A DNA stretch of 62,969 bases, counting the filler, from Mitosporidium daphniae (lineage: Eukaryota), in assembly GCF_000760515.2 (NCBI RefSeq). It is 34 parts of 34 records of this genome, joined end to end, with 100 filler letters (N's around TTAATTAATTAA, not from the genome) between each part and the next. Parts side by side here need not be neighbours in the genome. Positions count along the whole stretch, not along the records: positions 10,533 to 12,481 come from NW_013546532.1; positions 12,582 to 14,507 come from NW_013546531.1; positions 14,608 to 16,530 come from NW_013546530.1; positions 16,631 to 18,442 come from NW_013546527.1; positions 18,543 to 20,343 come from NW_013546526.1; positions 20,444 to 22,220 come from NW_013546525.1; positions 22,321 to 24,069 come from NW_013546524.1; 27 more parts are not named here. The stretch is one strand, 5' to 3'. The number at the start of each line of letters is the position of its first letter. Positions within the stretch are counted from its first letter, which is position 1. This document shows, in pieces, positions 11,614-24,169 of this stretch. A program made the position numbers and the translations under genes. The notes below the pieces were generated by a model, which did no database searches, was not told where the DNA came from, and saw only the letters and a program-made list of their open reading frames with translations.

Positions 11614-11795
11614 CTTGAACAATTTATCAACGATTAGCCAATAGCCGTTCGAGGTAAATTAATCGAATTGGTTGATGTAAATTAGCAATATTGATTGGCG
11701 TAAATATCGATTTACTTTCAGACCAATAAGGACATCTAGATGCCAATCTGTATTTGTATATTAAGGCTGTACACAATTGGCAAGTTTAAACATTT

Positions 11796-12481
11796 ATGAT
11801 TGCTTTGGTTTTTGATCTCGGAGGCGGTACTTTCGACGTGTCTTTGCTCACCATTGATGAGGGTGTTTTTGAGGTTCTCGCCATTGCTGGTGATCCACAT
11901 CTTGGAGGTGAAGACTTTGACAACAATCTGCTCAAGCATTTTCTCAAGATTGCTTCTCAGCGCTTCAAAGCCGACTTTACAGACAACATGGTTATCGTTT
12001 CAAAACTCAAGCGCGAAGTGGAGAAGGTCAAGAAAATTTTATCCTACGAAGAATCGGCTACCCTTACAATTGAAAACTTTTACAAGGGAGAAGACTTTAG
12101 TGAGAAAATCACCCGTGCTCGCTTTGAAGATCTAAATCGCGATCTCTTCATGAAGACTTTAAAGCCGGTTGCCCAAGTTTTGGAAGACGCAAAGGTATCC
12201 AAAAGCAATGTTGATGAGGTTGTGTTGGTCGGTGGCTCAACTCGAATTCCTTTTGTACAAAAGATTCTGCAAGACTTTTTCAACGGAAAGAAGCTCAAAA
12301 AAGACATCAATCCGGACGAAGCTATTGCTTATGGTGCTGCCGTCCAAGCCGCAATTATTTCGGGAAAAGACAAGTCTAGTGGTATCGTTTTGCTTGACGT
12401 TTGCCCTCCTTCTCTTAGCATTGAAACGACCGGTGGTGTTATGACTACGCTGATAAAAAGAAACACAGCCATCCCCAGCAA
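11796..12481 (+). CDS. BiP-like Hsp70 paralog lacking the N-terminal half of the ATPase domain (possible pseudogene); 3' cut by contig end
   Basis: Starts [18 protein letters not shown]; also [33 protein letters not shown] and IETTGGVMT. Confidence 0.85.
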
Positions 12482-12581
12482 NNNNNNNNNNNNNNNNNNN
12501 NNNNNNNNNNNNNNNNNNNNNNNNNTTAATTAATTAANNNNNNNNNNNNNNNNNNNNNNNNNNNNNNNNNNNNNNNNNNNN

Positions 12582-14506
12582 ACCATCTTTCGATTCATCA
12601 GAAAAATCGAGAAAAGACTGGAAAAATACAGGCCGTTTTCGGAAAGCGTGATATCAAGAGGATCGCAACTAGTGGGGTTGATATGCGTGTTCGTCGGAAG
12701 CGCACAAAATATTCTCAGCAATGAAAACATGTATCGATCGTTTGAATCTTCAATCGTTGAGATGATAAATTGCTGAAGTTGCGAAAGGAATTGAGAAGGC
12801 AGGGTATTTTCAGGCACGTTGAAGGAAGACTCGTCAAAGTCAATGGAGCCGAAGTTAATGGCCTTAAACCCAGAAATCCGAAATTTCGAGTTTCTAGACC
12901 GCTTAATCAAATACAAAAGCTTTTTCCGGTTTTTGTCCGACAAACGCGATACAATATCAAAGGCATTGGCGGATGCAATCGATGACAAAGAAAACGATTC
13001 CGGAAGTTTTAAAAAGCCGTTTACAACCTCCTGCGACATGAAAAACGGCAAAGTCAAAGTGGATGAGTTGGTAGTGATGGACTGCGAACACGACGGGAAA
13101 ATAAAGCAAACCAAAAAGCTCCAAACGACATCTTNGTCTGAAAACGCTTTTAAATAGTTTGCGTGAGAAAACACATCGCACTTTGGCGTACCGCCATCAA
13201 TCCCGACAAGCCTTTTTGGAAACATCAAATTAACAAGAGCCAGAACATTCAAAATTGTATTGTAGACGTTTTTCGCCGGTATTGCCGCTTCCCGTAACAA
13301 GGGAAACATCCTTTGGATTTGGAAGATAAGGCGAGATACAAATTGCGATGGGAACAGCATCGAATAATCGTCATTCTCGGACAGGATAAACTTCAAAAAC
13401 GAGCAGAGTGACGTGGTAACCCCCACGTAAACGTAGATGTCTTCCAGTGAGATCAGATAAAAAATTACATTCAAGTAGTTGATCAGATGTTCCGACTGAT
13501 GGCTTAGTTGGTTGCTTGATTTGAGACTTGCAATTTCGTCCGATGAGTTTGCCCGAAGAAGCGAAAATAGAACCGCATCAATTGATAAGAGATATCTTGA
13601 AAGAATTTGAAGAAGGCCATCGAAATTATATGGCGACTCTTTTAAGTGGTAATATTGCGTCAAGTAAAAATACAACCGAATAAATAGGAAGGCACACTCT
13701 TCGTTATGGAACATGGTGTTGCAATATAGCAGTTCGATGACTGATTTTATGCAGCTCCAAAAGTCACAAAAGATTTTATGGAAAACCCTGCTGTCGTTTT
13801 TTGCATCAACAAGGGAAAACGAGCATTCGACAAAGGGCCAAATATACTCGGGATACTGCATCAGGTTTTCTTTGATCACCTCGAACAGACCGCAAAACAG
13901 CGAAATTGACGCCGACTTGAACACGTAACTTGATGATCTGTTGGGCTTCATAATATCCAGCAGGCCCAGAATGTTTTCCATTATCAGCATACCGGGTTCT
14001 TGGATTTCGGTGTGATACTGGGCTAAAAAGCTAATACCATTGAAAAACTAGGGTAAAAGACCAAAATTCAAAGCTACCTTTTGTTTCCAATTAGCGTGGG
14101 TGAAGCTTAAGAACAAATTAAAGAGCTTAAATAGAACGGAGAAACATAGCGAGGAAAGCACCTCATTAAACGAAGGGGTGTCCACCGCAACATGGATGCC
14201 AATTTTTTGGAACATCTGGACAATATGATTCAACAATGAAGCCCGGTCATGGGCGAACAATATGATAAGATGGGCCAGAATATCATCGAGACTAGAAATG
14301 TTGTCCTCTTGCATGGTATCGAGATCTTGAGATTCTGGAAAATGCACAAGCCGCCAGCAAAACATAGCGATGTGGTGTGTTTTAGATAGCTCGGAAACGG
14401 ACCGCTTGAAGAACTTTTCAAAGAAGATTTTGATGGCCACACATTTGTCAATTTTGTCATAATACGCAAATGCCAAACTAAAAAAAACCGAATTTCTGAA
14501 GGCCAT
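12582..14506 (-). CDS. Large hypothetical helical protein, internal fragment
   Basis: Two same-frame ORFs joined by a 30-nt GT-AG intron at 14048-14077. Confidence 0.7.
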
Positions 14507-14607
14507 GNNNNNNNNNNNNNNNNNNNNNNNNNNNNNNNNNNNNNNNNNNNNTTAATTAATTAANNNNNNNNNNNNNNNNNNNNNNNNNNNNNNNNNNNNN
14601 NNNNNNN

Positions 14608-15178
14608 ACAGAGACAACAAAACCCTGTTCAGCTCCTCTTCCGATCGAACGGAATCGCTAGAATAGTTTACATCCACGCTTGAATCTCGAGACTGATTTG
14701 AGGATGTCCGTGAGCGTAGAAGAACTGGCCTGGTGGCTTTGCTTGAAGAGGGTTGAATCGAGTTTTTCTTGATCAATATCCCCGGATTGTTATTGGTACT
14801 TTTGGATTTTATATCTTTTTTCCAAGAATGGAGCGTGCTTCTGTACTTCTGAATGGCTGCGCATCTTTTGCCGTAAAGGGCCTTTTGTTCAGATTCCAAA
14901 ATCGGCAAAATATTGGGGTTTAGGGTCACTTTGAAATCATCAAAATTTAGGCCAACAAACGCACAGTTGTCATGATAATCTTCCAAAATAGAGGGCCGTG
15001 GTAGCTTTTTTTCATTTATATCTCGGTAAGCAGTTTGCAGAAAATTTTTGTTTGATTCGTAAAATAAATCGAGATTTTCAATAGGCTTGAACCTTGATAT
15101 TGGGACGCACTCGTCTTTTTCGTTGACCTTGAAGCTGGAGTCGTTGCCATCGGATGGAAAACATTGGGGAAAAGCCAT
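14608..15178 (-). CDS. Possible SNT1/NCoR-like corepressor N-terminal part
   Basis: Y....W coiled segment followed by DSVRSEEELNRVLLSL, resembling the motif that precedes the SANT domains. The SANT domain itself is not in the contig. Confidence 0.45.
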
Positions 15179-15297
15179 CAGCAATACGGTCTACACAAGG
15201 GTGTGTTGGTTTGGACCAAATAAAAAGCTTTAAAAAATGATAAATAAAAATAAGCATCAATTGAACACAAGTGACAATTTAAGTTTCCGAAACTAAA

Positions 15298-16530
15298 ATG
15301 TTCTCCAGTGTTATCTCAAACATTGGGAAGCTCGTATGGAACAACGATGGCGACCCTTCGCAAGGACAGTCGCTTGTTCAAATTCCAAATGGCGAATTCC
15401 AAATGCTCGTCAAAGGTTCTTTTGTTACAATGTAGCTTTGTCAATTTTATCTGTAGCTATGAATTTGCTGATGCGACGCTTGTGAAAACCGCGAACGAGC
15501 AATATTCATATTCCATCGTTATCAGAAGATTATTCGACGAGGATGAGGAGGAATTGCTGAGTGCTGCTCAAAAATCAGGCATTAATGCAAAATCCCAATT
15601 TGTAGATCCATTGACTTTTGAGTTCAATTTTCCCATTTGCATGAGCATGAATTTTGCTCGCCATACACAGGGTGTGCCTTGTGATAGAGAAGCCTTTAAA
15701 TGGACCGACTCTTCATCTGTAAGCTTGTTGGTTACATTGTAGAAGAAAACATATCAATACATCCCGGATGGAAATGTCACTGCCCATTCGCTCCAGCTTT
15801 TCCATCTAACAGCGGCCCAATGTTTATTTGAGTGTGAGAACCGAAAAAGCTATGCCTTGGCATCTGAAAAGGAAATCGAATCAATAATGATGCCCAAAGC
15901 TTTGATTGCAACTAAAGAGGGGGTGCTTATTTTCGAGACACATTCGGCATCCAATGTTTATCTTTACTCGTTTGACATTTCCTCTGGCCTATTTATATCT
16001 GCAACCGGAAATAAGGAAGATTTACCCCCATGTGTGACGGCCTCCATTTACGCAGTTGAAACCTTCCAATGTACGCGTGTACATTAACTCTGTAGATCAC
16101 CTACGAATCCACGGCAAGGACAATGCAGAGATGCTTTATTATTCACAGAATATCATGCCCTCTGATATTGTGCATGTGGAGAGAGTAAGGTGTTCTTTTT
16201 GAATGTAGTCTTCCTGCTCTTTTGTTTGGTGTCATTTGTCCGATTCGGATACCAATTCATCGCTAACTTTTTCCCTCAAATTTGCGATAGAATCGGAAAT
16301 GTTTTCTTTTTCAAACAACTATGCAAAATGTATCTACGAAATTCTAAACAAAGAACGGGCATCTTGTATCGATCAAAAGGACAAATCCTTCTTGATTGGC
16401 CAAGCAGTTCCAATGGACATCGACTATGACACCTCTGAAACCGAATCAGCGTCTTCTGATGACGAAGAGGAAAGTGATGATGAAGGGGAGTTGGCCATCA
16501 GCTCTATCTCCGAAAAATTCACGCCCGACA
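15298..16530 (+). CDS. VID27: Vacuolar import/degradation protein VID27, N-terminal part
   Basis: LVQIPNGEF, YSYSIVIRR.FDEDEEELL, AQCLFE and YAKCIYE after removing introns 15432-15456, 15719-15742, 16071-16095 and 16185-16208. Confidence 0.75.
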
Positions 16531-16630
16531 NNNNNNNNNNNNNNNNNNNNNNNNNNNNNNNNNNNNNNNNNNNNTTAATTAATTAANNNNNNNNNNNNNN
16601 NNNNNNNNNNNNNNNNNNNNNNNNNNNNNN

Positions 16631-16763
16631 CCTATTTCTCCAGCCTAAATTTATTTCTGGATCCATGTACCCAAACCCTAACCCTAATCCAACCCTATTT
16701 CTCCAGCCTAAATTTATTTCTGGATCCATGTACCCAAACCCTAACCCTAACCCTCCAGCCTAA
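16631..16763 (+). CDS. 3' end of the secreted PN-repeat protein whose 5' end is at 59709-60049; 63-bp tandem units
   Basis: Reads LFLQPKFISGSMYPNPNPNPT-LFLQPKFISGSMYPNPNPNPPA*, the same unit as in the 59709 contig. Confidence 0.75.
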
Positions 16764-17558
16764 ATTTATTCATGGATCCATGTGACCTAAGACCCCCACT
16801 GGACCCTTTTCCTAGCTTTTGCTTTGTTTTTAAGATTCCTTTTTAGAATTTTTTTTAATCGTAATAAAATTCGTTTCATGAAAAAAAGTATTAAATATTT
16901 ACTCCTCGATTCGGATGGAATTTATAAAATATTCACCACGTGGCCAGATGATGAAAGGAAAGTGGTCGATTTCTAGCCATAAATTCCTCTTGCTTTCCTG
17001 AATGCGGAAAAAATCATTTCACAGGGTAGAGAACCGATTCTTAATCGATAAATTATCAACAAAGTACCAATACTGTAACCCATAATTTCCTCAACTCAGA
17101 TATAAAGCGTTTATGCGACATCGTTGAAAAATTACAGATACAACCTTTCGAGATATTATTAATATCTTAGGAGAAAATTTAAAAAAACTGGAGCAAACAC
17201 AAATATAATTGTCAACCTCATGCGGAATGGGATTGGGGAATTTTGACTCAAACATGACATAAGACATATAGAAGAAAATTCAATATTACATACCGCTGGG
17301 TGTCCCAAACTTGATCGAATAGGTTATAACTGGAAAAAATGGTTCGCCCAAAAAACCACGACCCATTGCGATACCCCCCTCCTCTAAAACCACGTCTCCT
17401 TCGTCTAAAAATAGCGAGAGTTAGGACCAACGGCAAGTATGCCGCAACATGATGCGTTAAATATCCACATAAGATTACAAATATTGAATGAGTAAAATAC
17501 CAGATAAAATAAACCTTAGCGTCGCTCTGAGGCACATAAAAAATTATTATGAATAGGC

Positions 17559-17675
17559 AAAATGGGAAGGAGAAACACGAAAAATCGCTCAAAGTTGTTT
17601 TTTATGCAATGAAATTCTATTACTTTTATATGCACGTGCTTTTGATTTGGAAAAAACAAGAATCTGACACGTGAT
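17559..17675 (+). repeat. Diverged non-coding repeat, homologous to the reverse complement of 60661-60778, ending in a CACGTG E-box
   Basis: Shared blocks aaaatgg(g)gaaggagaaaca, ttgttttt.at.caatgaaa and aatctgacacgtgat with matching spacing. Confidence 0.7.
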
Positions 17676-18340
17676 CAATCATAATGCTTGCACTTATGAT
17701 AACAAATATTTTAGCGAATAAATCTGGCGAAGACTTTGAATTTGGGCTAGTATTAATGGGGAGATGATTTTTCTGAACGTTCCAATAGCTTGGGGCTATT
17801 CAATATTTTGAACAAGTTGAGTGGAAAGCTCTGATCTGACATCTATCTCGATGAATTGAACGAATATATGGTCCATGGCCTGGGCTACCTCATTCCCTTA
17901 AAGCATGTCTACAAGACCCATTATAAACTTAAATTAATGAACCCAAAGTAAATGGGTCTTCGTATGGGATTATTACCTAACGGTCTTAACAATGCTGAGG
18001 TTATTGGTTGCTTTCATCTTTGGATAGTATTTCTTATGGCCGACTTTTGTTTGCTAGTTTTTTAAGTTCTTCTTCTTCTTCAACTTTCTTCCTCTGAAGT
18101 CTTTCCCTAAATTTTCTCCCATATTTTTTCTTTTTTCCCCGAGGTTTTCAATTTTCAATCGGTTTGAGCAGCAATTTTGTTTTGATTCTGGAATTCAGAA
18201 GCGTCTTGCTAGCGGCCTCGTTGGGGCTCTTTTTTGGTCTCTTGTCGCGAGTATTGTTCGTCGGATGATTGGGACTTTTCCTCGCCGGATCATTTGGTCC
18301 GTTTTTTCTTGTTTTCCTTGTTGAATGTATGAGCGTATTT

Positions 18341-18442
18341 CTAGAATAAAAAGGCAAATAAAGTAAGAGTTGCTTCAGAAGCAAAAGTTTTGGACGACAT
18401 CAAATCCAAGAAAATCATCAAAGCAACCAAAAAAGAGCCCCA
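18341..18442 (-). CDS. 3' fragment of another member of the multi-TM family at 29680/31507
   Basis: VALMIFLDLMSSKTFASEATLTLFAFLF* aligns with IGFRIVFDFMLSQNFVSEAILSLLFFLA. Confidence 0.5.
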   Translation of the reverse strand, partial: WGSFLVALMIFLDLMSSKTFASEATLTLFAFLF

Positions 18443-18689
18443 NNNNNNNNNNNNNNNNNNNNNNNNNNNNNNNNNNNNNNNNNNNNTTAATTAATTAANN
18501 NNNNNNNNNNNNNNNNNNNNNNNNNNNNNNNNNNNNNNNNNNGGTCATCTCTGCATGTGTCGTTTGAATCATGATACGACGGATTTGCATTTTTGGGCTG
18601 TGTTTGTAGATTTGCTCCGGCGAGTCCGTCAACTGCCACACGTACAAATACAAGTGGTCTACTATCGATGTCAGAAAAAATGGCGTGCA

Positions 18690-19210
18690 TGCACAGTTGT
18701 ACATCTGATCGCCCGAAATGAGCGCTGCTTTGATTCTTGCCGTTTCTGCCAAGGATGGCTAAAAAGATGTCTCGCTCAGATATGCTTTAGCGCACATTGC
18801 AATTTCCATCTGTTGCGTTTTCTAGCACTGGAAGGTGGTCATCTATTTTCTTATGTGCAGACACCGATGCCGATTGAGGCGCGTCTGGTCAAACAGGACC
18901 TGGCTGGTTTAGTTTCTTTTCGCTGCATTTGATTTCGTCTGGTTGTAGCTGGCAGCGGAACTTGAAGCATGCAGACTTCGATTGCCTTTCTGCCTTTGCA
19001 ATCTTTTGCGGGTTGGTGGAGCACCTCCGATGTCGAAATGTACAATGCCTTCACGTGAGTGGCAACAAGCATTTAGTCGTAGTGCCATGTGTCCCAATAG
19101 ATGCTGCTGAATGTGCTGTGGCGTGTTTTTTCTCGCACTCTGCCGATGTATTTTGATGCTTCGGAATCAAGCATCATTGAGTGTCGTGAGCAAGTCAGTA
19201 CGTATGATAC
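18690..19210 (-). pseudogene. Possible decayed XPG/FEN1-like PIN nuclease domain
   Basis: Motifs in the expected order across stops and frameshifts: IIRTDLL, IVHFDIGG...K, ERDIFLA, AALISGD/SDV. Confidence 0.3.
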
Positions 19211-20443
19211 AGCCGATTTCTTTTGTAACTTGGCGATTGGGTGTAGTTCATGCATACTTTTGATTTTGCCAAACATTCGATAGGTTCGATGTGTTTAGAA
19301 CGTTCAGTAGGGTGTTGAAGCACACCGAACGTTGTTGATATCATTACTGCGGTATGTGCAGTGGGGGATCATTTTGATGCTAAAAGACTACCTGGCGGAA
19401 TATGATCCATATTCTGGGATCCATGGATGGTTGGGCGAACTCATCAAGTGTGCATATTCCAGATTTGTCAGCTGAACTGTGTTGTTGTGTAGTGCTTCAA
19501 AAAGAGGCGTCGCATTTCGAGTCCGTTTCGGTGTTGCCAGAACTGTCTTGATGGACTTCGTTTCGAACATGATAGCCAATTCAAGGGGTGTGTCTGTTGA
19601 AATTAGTTGGCTCGTAGGATCGGTGTCTTCAGTAATCGTCAGTTGCCCTAACTGCCTGGTGGCAGTGCGAGCTCGTTTATTTTTCCCAGTGTTGTTGTTC
19701 TTGACCAGACAGTCTTTTGGTCGAAAGTACTTTCCAACGTATGTTCTGTTCATCTTTCCATTCAAAATAGAAAACTTGGGACCGGTGCCAAAAAAGACCC
19801 AGTTTGCTGAGTTGACCGTATGTTTGTGCCGTTTTCGTTTATTTGTACGCCAAGGGGTGGTTTTTACTGCTCATTTGACAGCTTTAGCTTGATCAAACAT
19901 CCATCCCGTTTCTTGCAATAGTGCACGCCAACAAGAGCGCAACTTGCGCCATGAAAAGAACGCGAACCTCATTGATCGAAAACATGGGTTCAACGAACAT
20001 CAAAGGTCCATTTCAGTTATAATAAGCGGTAATGCACGAACACAATAAGCATGTGCACCCCGTTCTAGCACCAGCCAAGTGGCCGCTGAGTTCACCAAAT
20101 ATATCGACCTTTTGATATCATTGCATTGGACAGATTGACATGCGGAGATATCTGACGGAGCACTACAATGCAATTGAAGCGGAAAAGTATCGGCGTACTC
20201 CTGCATGGGTCCGATGAGAACCTTTTCAGCGAAATCAAAGTGCATATTTTGAGCTATCATTATGCGATTTCTTCCAATACGTCTTACCAGCGTATGCGCA
20301 AACCCTAGTATGGCAGAGCGGCAATTCCTGGCCATTTGGCGATNNNNNNNNNNNNNNNNNNNNNNNNNNNNNNNNNNNNNNNNNNNNTTAATTAATTAAN
20401 NNNNNNNNNNNNNNNNNNNNNNNNNNNNNNNNNNNNNNNNNNN

Positions 20444-21205
20444 CCAATATATGGCTTCCACCAAATAAAGGAACATCTTACGAATTTAGAAAAAAGAGAA
20501 CAAACCCTGGAATCGTGGTCCATCCTATTGCCTGGCCTTATTTCAAAAGTTTGTGACTCAGAGCCTTGGATTCGAAGTTTTTGCATCGGTTTGGTTTCAT
20601 CAAGGCTCCTTTTTCAGGAGAATACCGTATGAAATGGCCATTTATTGACTTAGAACTTGTGGAAGCCATATATTGGATCGATAGTTTCCATTGTGCTTTC
20701 GAGCTTGAATAATTTGGATGAGGAAATTCAAGTCGATGCGGTCTTTCTGCTGTCGGCCATCATCAATGCCATCGACTCGAACATTTTCCGAAAGTACATT
20801 GCCCAAATAATTTCGTCGCTATCCACCTGGCTGCATGGCATTTCCACACCTAGTCGTCTGCAGCGAATGTCCAGATTTGGGAAGCTATTCAATGCTAAAG
20901 AGGGGGTGTCTTTTTGGATCAATTTCTTCCGCTGCCTGTTTGCCAAAGATAGTGATAATCTGGCCAACGCAGCAAAAGGTCCCATCACGGTTATCTATCC
21001 ATTGCCCTTCAACAGGCGATTGTTATTGCCTCCACGAAAGACCGTNTACTCTCCAGTGGAAGCAAAATGGGAAATAGAAGCCATATTGCCAATCAAAGCG
21101 CAAAATCTAGACGAACTAAATGCCCTCACTTCAATGAAAGATCTCTCCCCCTCCGAGATTATTTTTGCGATTGCCAAATTTATCACTACTCTTAAATTAA
21201 ATTAA
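20444..21205 (+). CDS. IPI1: IPI1/TEX10-like pre-rRNA processing protein, 5' truncated
   Basis: D.EPWIR...PYIGSIVSIVLSSLNNLDEEIQVDAVFLL fits the Ipi1_N pattern. 27-nt intron at 20627-20653. Confidence 0.6.
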
Positions 21206-21383
21206 AGCTACACGTTGGAATCAGCACTAGCCTAGCACGTGCTTCTCACAAATTAGCCAAAAATTCTGGGGTGTAAAGACACCATTATTCCTGGTTTCGT
21301 TTGTGTGTAGACAAGTCTTTAATTAAAGCTTTTGTTTAAAAGGCGATTGATGGATTGAGTACAGAACGGCCTTTATTGGGGGT

Positions 21384-22220
21384 CTATGATAGCGAAAAGG
21401 GACCATAAGAGCTGAGAAGCCAATAGAGGGTATCGGAGATGGCACCCAAGCCACCTAGAACCCCTATTAGTTGGATAATGAGAAGCGAAAGCTCGCCAAA
21501 AGATCCGCTCTCAGAGGTAAAAAGCGATTTGTTTGTTTGTTCAATGATAACTGACTCAAAGTCAAACTGCATGAAGATGCCAAACTTTCCAACGGCATTT
21601 TCAGATAATGAACGGGAGTACGACTGGGCAGCATACTGGAAAGAGGACACTCCACTTGAGGATAGAATCGGAAGGATAGATTTTTTACTCCAAAATGTTG
21701 GGATGATACTAATAAAGTATTGGTTGAAAAAAAAGGGATTCTCATTGACTCCGCTGGATGAAACGCCATTTAACGGCGAGATGCGATTAGGAAAAGCGTC
21801 TCCAAACTCCAGTCTATGAATGGTGTGGTTAAAGGAAACACGACGATCTATTTTGATCACAGGCTGGATAAATCCGTTTTTCTCCATTAGCCCCACATGT
21901 CCAACTGGAATAATTTGAATCGATCCGGCCACCCGTGCAAGAGAGATCCTTCCAGAAATTCGACAAACATTAGAGACACTGGAATCCATCTGCAAAAGAT
22001 GACTAACTATGACGTTGTATCCGCCAGCCCTGGAGTATTCAATGGCAATTTCATCACAAGGACTTGACACGGAAAGATCTAAATCAGCAAAGAACTCCTC
22101 AACCACTGATTGGTCAGTGGCTATAGCGAGCGTAGACTTGGCCCCTGGAAAAAGGGCCTGGTAAATTGTAAAAAAAATAAATAAAAAGAAAAAAGAATAC
22201 AAGATCAGCGTGGATACAAC
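21384..22220 (-). CDS. ERV41/ERV46 (ERGIC) family COPII vesicle protein, 5' truncated
   Basis: CRISG...RVAGSIQI, NHTIHRLEFG...SPLNG, QYFISIIPT, GIFMQFDF and a C-terminal TM with LGG. Confidence 0.85.
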   Translation of the reverse strand, partial: VVSTLILYSFFFLFIFFTIYQALFPGAKSTLAIATDQSVVEEFFADLDLSVSSPCDEIAIEYSRAGGYNVIVSHLLQMDSSVSNVCRISGRISLARVAGSIQIIPVGHVGLMEKNGFIQPVIKIDRRVSFNHTIHRLEFGDAFPNRISPLNGVSSSGVNENPFFFNQYFISIIPTFWSKKSILPILSSSGVSSFQYAAQSYSRSLSENAVGKFGIFMQFDFESVIIEQTNKSLFTSESGSFGELSLLIIQLIGVLGGLGAISDTLYWLLSSYGPFSLS

Positions 22221-22426
22221 NNNNNNNNNNNNNNNNNNNNNNNNNNNNNNNNNNNNNNNNNNNNTTAATTAATTAANNNNNNNNNNNNNNNNNNNNNNNN
22301 NNNNNNNNNNNNNNNNNNNNTACAAACAAAAATGGCAATTCGTGTCGCGTGTGCATCAAAAATGTACACCACAATTTGGAAATTTGAAGTGTGTACATTG
22401 TTCACGGCAAGCATTGCATTTAAAAA

Positions 22427-23651
22427 ATGCAACTGATTAAAAGAGTCTCCAGGCGTCTCTTTTCTACACACCCTGCGGTCCCAAAACACAAATTCGAAAT
22501 AAGAACTCCGTTTGATGTGTTCAGCATCGATGGAAGCCTGGTCCAGACCCCCTGCAACTCTGTAAAGGACACATCTTCGGATCTTTTTCTCAGGTCGACT
22601 GTTTTTCATTCTGCAGATGAGCTTCTTTCCCTCTACAAGACGATGGTGTACATCAGAAGAATGGAGCTGACGGCAGACGCCCTTTACAAGACAAAATTTA
22701 TTCGTGGATTTTGCCATCTTGCCATTGGGCAGGAAGCGATTCCAGCCGGAATGGAGGTTGCCATAACGAGCACGGACACTGTTATCACCGCGTATCGGTG
22801 CCATGGCGCTGCTTTTGCAAGGGGAGCATCTCTACATTCCATATTTGCAGAGCTGCTGGGTAAGAAAACCGGAATCGCTCGCGGGAAAGGAGGATCCATG
22901 CACATATATTTAAAGAATTTCTTTGGAGGAAATGGAATTGTAGGCGCACAGGTATTGCAGAGAGATTTCCTGTAGGTTCCTGTGGGCGCTGGAATCGCGT
23001 TTGCTCAAAAGTACAAAAAAGAGCAGAACGTCACATTTGCATTGTATGGCGATGGTGCTGCAAACCAGGGCCAGGTAGGCTGTGAAGTGGCAATAACTAC
23101 TCCAGGTCTTCGAAGCATACAATATGTCCATGCTCTGGTCTCTCCCGTGCATTTTTGTGTGCGAGAATAACATGTATGGAATGGGAACATCTGCGGAGCG
23201 TTCCTCTGCCTCTGTCGACTACTATTCAAGGGCGGGGTTCATTCCAGGAATACGAGTTGATGCTCAGGATGTTCTGGGGGTCATTGAGGCCACCAGATTT
23301 GCCAAAGCATGGGCCTTGAGCGGACGGGGGCCCCTTGTGTTGGAGATGAAGACGTATCGTTATCAAGGACACTCTGTGAGCGATCCCGGGACGACCTATC
23401 GAAACAGAGATGAAGTCCAGAAAATGAGGGACGATCACGACCCCATCACTCTTTTGCGATCGAGATTGCTTGATGCAAATTTGAGTACCGAGGCAGAGCT
23501 AACGAAAACGGAAAAAACAATTCGTCAGGAGGTCGAAGAAGCGGCCGAACAGGCAAAGGCCGATTCAGATCCTGATCTTTCTGTCCTCTTTGAAGACGTT
23601 TATCTTCCAGGGTCTGACCCAGTTCCCCCAAACAGAGGTACTCTTTTTTAG
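22427..23651 (+). CDS. PDA1: Pyruvate dehydrogenase E1 alpha, mitochondrial
   Basis: [28 protein letters not shown] and [12 protein letters not shown]. Introns at 22952-22975 and 23075-23105. Confidence 0.97.
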
Positions 23652-24169
23652 GCCGCGGGACTCGATCCTTTTTAGAAAACAATAAAAAAATATCCTTATC
23701 CTTTACGAGGTGCATTATGTTGCTTTTCCAAACTCCTCCGGTCAAGCGTATCGCATATACATGCTTTCGCGTCATACCAGACATGCTATTGTTGAAGCAA
23801 TTTTGCATTGTTTGGCATAAGCCATGTTGTGGTCTGATGATTGGACGCGGCCTCAAAGCGCTTATTGGATGGAATTAATTGCTAATATTGAAACTTTTAT
23901 TGGCCGTGATTTAACTTTTACAGATGAACAACGCGCTCCATTTGTACAACCTTGCAATGTCTAGTACCGCTGATGAGTATTTTACCTTATTGCCATCTCT
24001 TATTACCTTGTTTTTTTCTCAGAAAATTCGGGAACTATACATCTCTCTGCGTTGGTTGCATCTTTTCCCNNNNNNNNNNNNNNNNNNNNNNNNNNNNNNN
24101 NNNNNNNNNNNNNTTAATTAATTAANNNNNNNNNNNNNNNNNNNNNNNNNNNNNNNNNNNNNNNNNNNN

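Noticed and set aside
20444..20676. 18-bp perfect inverted repeat (20444-20461 vs 20659-20676)
   Set aside because: One arm is the very end of the contig, so a fold-back or amplification chimera is more likely than a transposon TIR.
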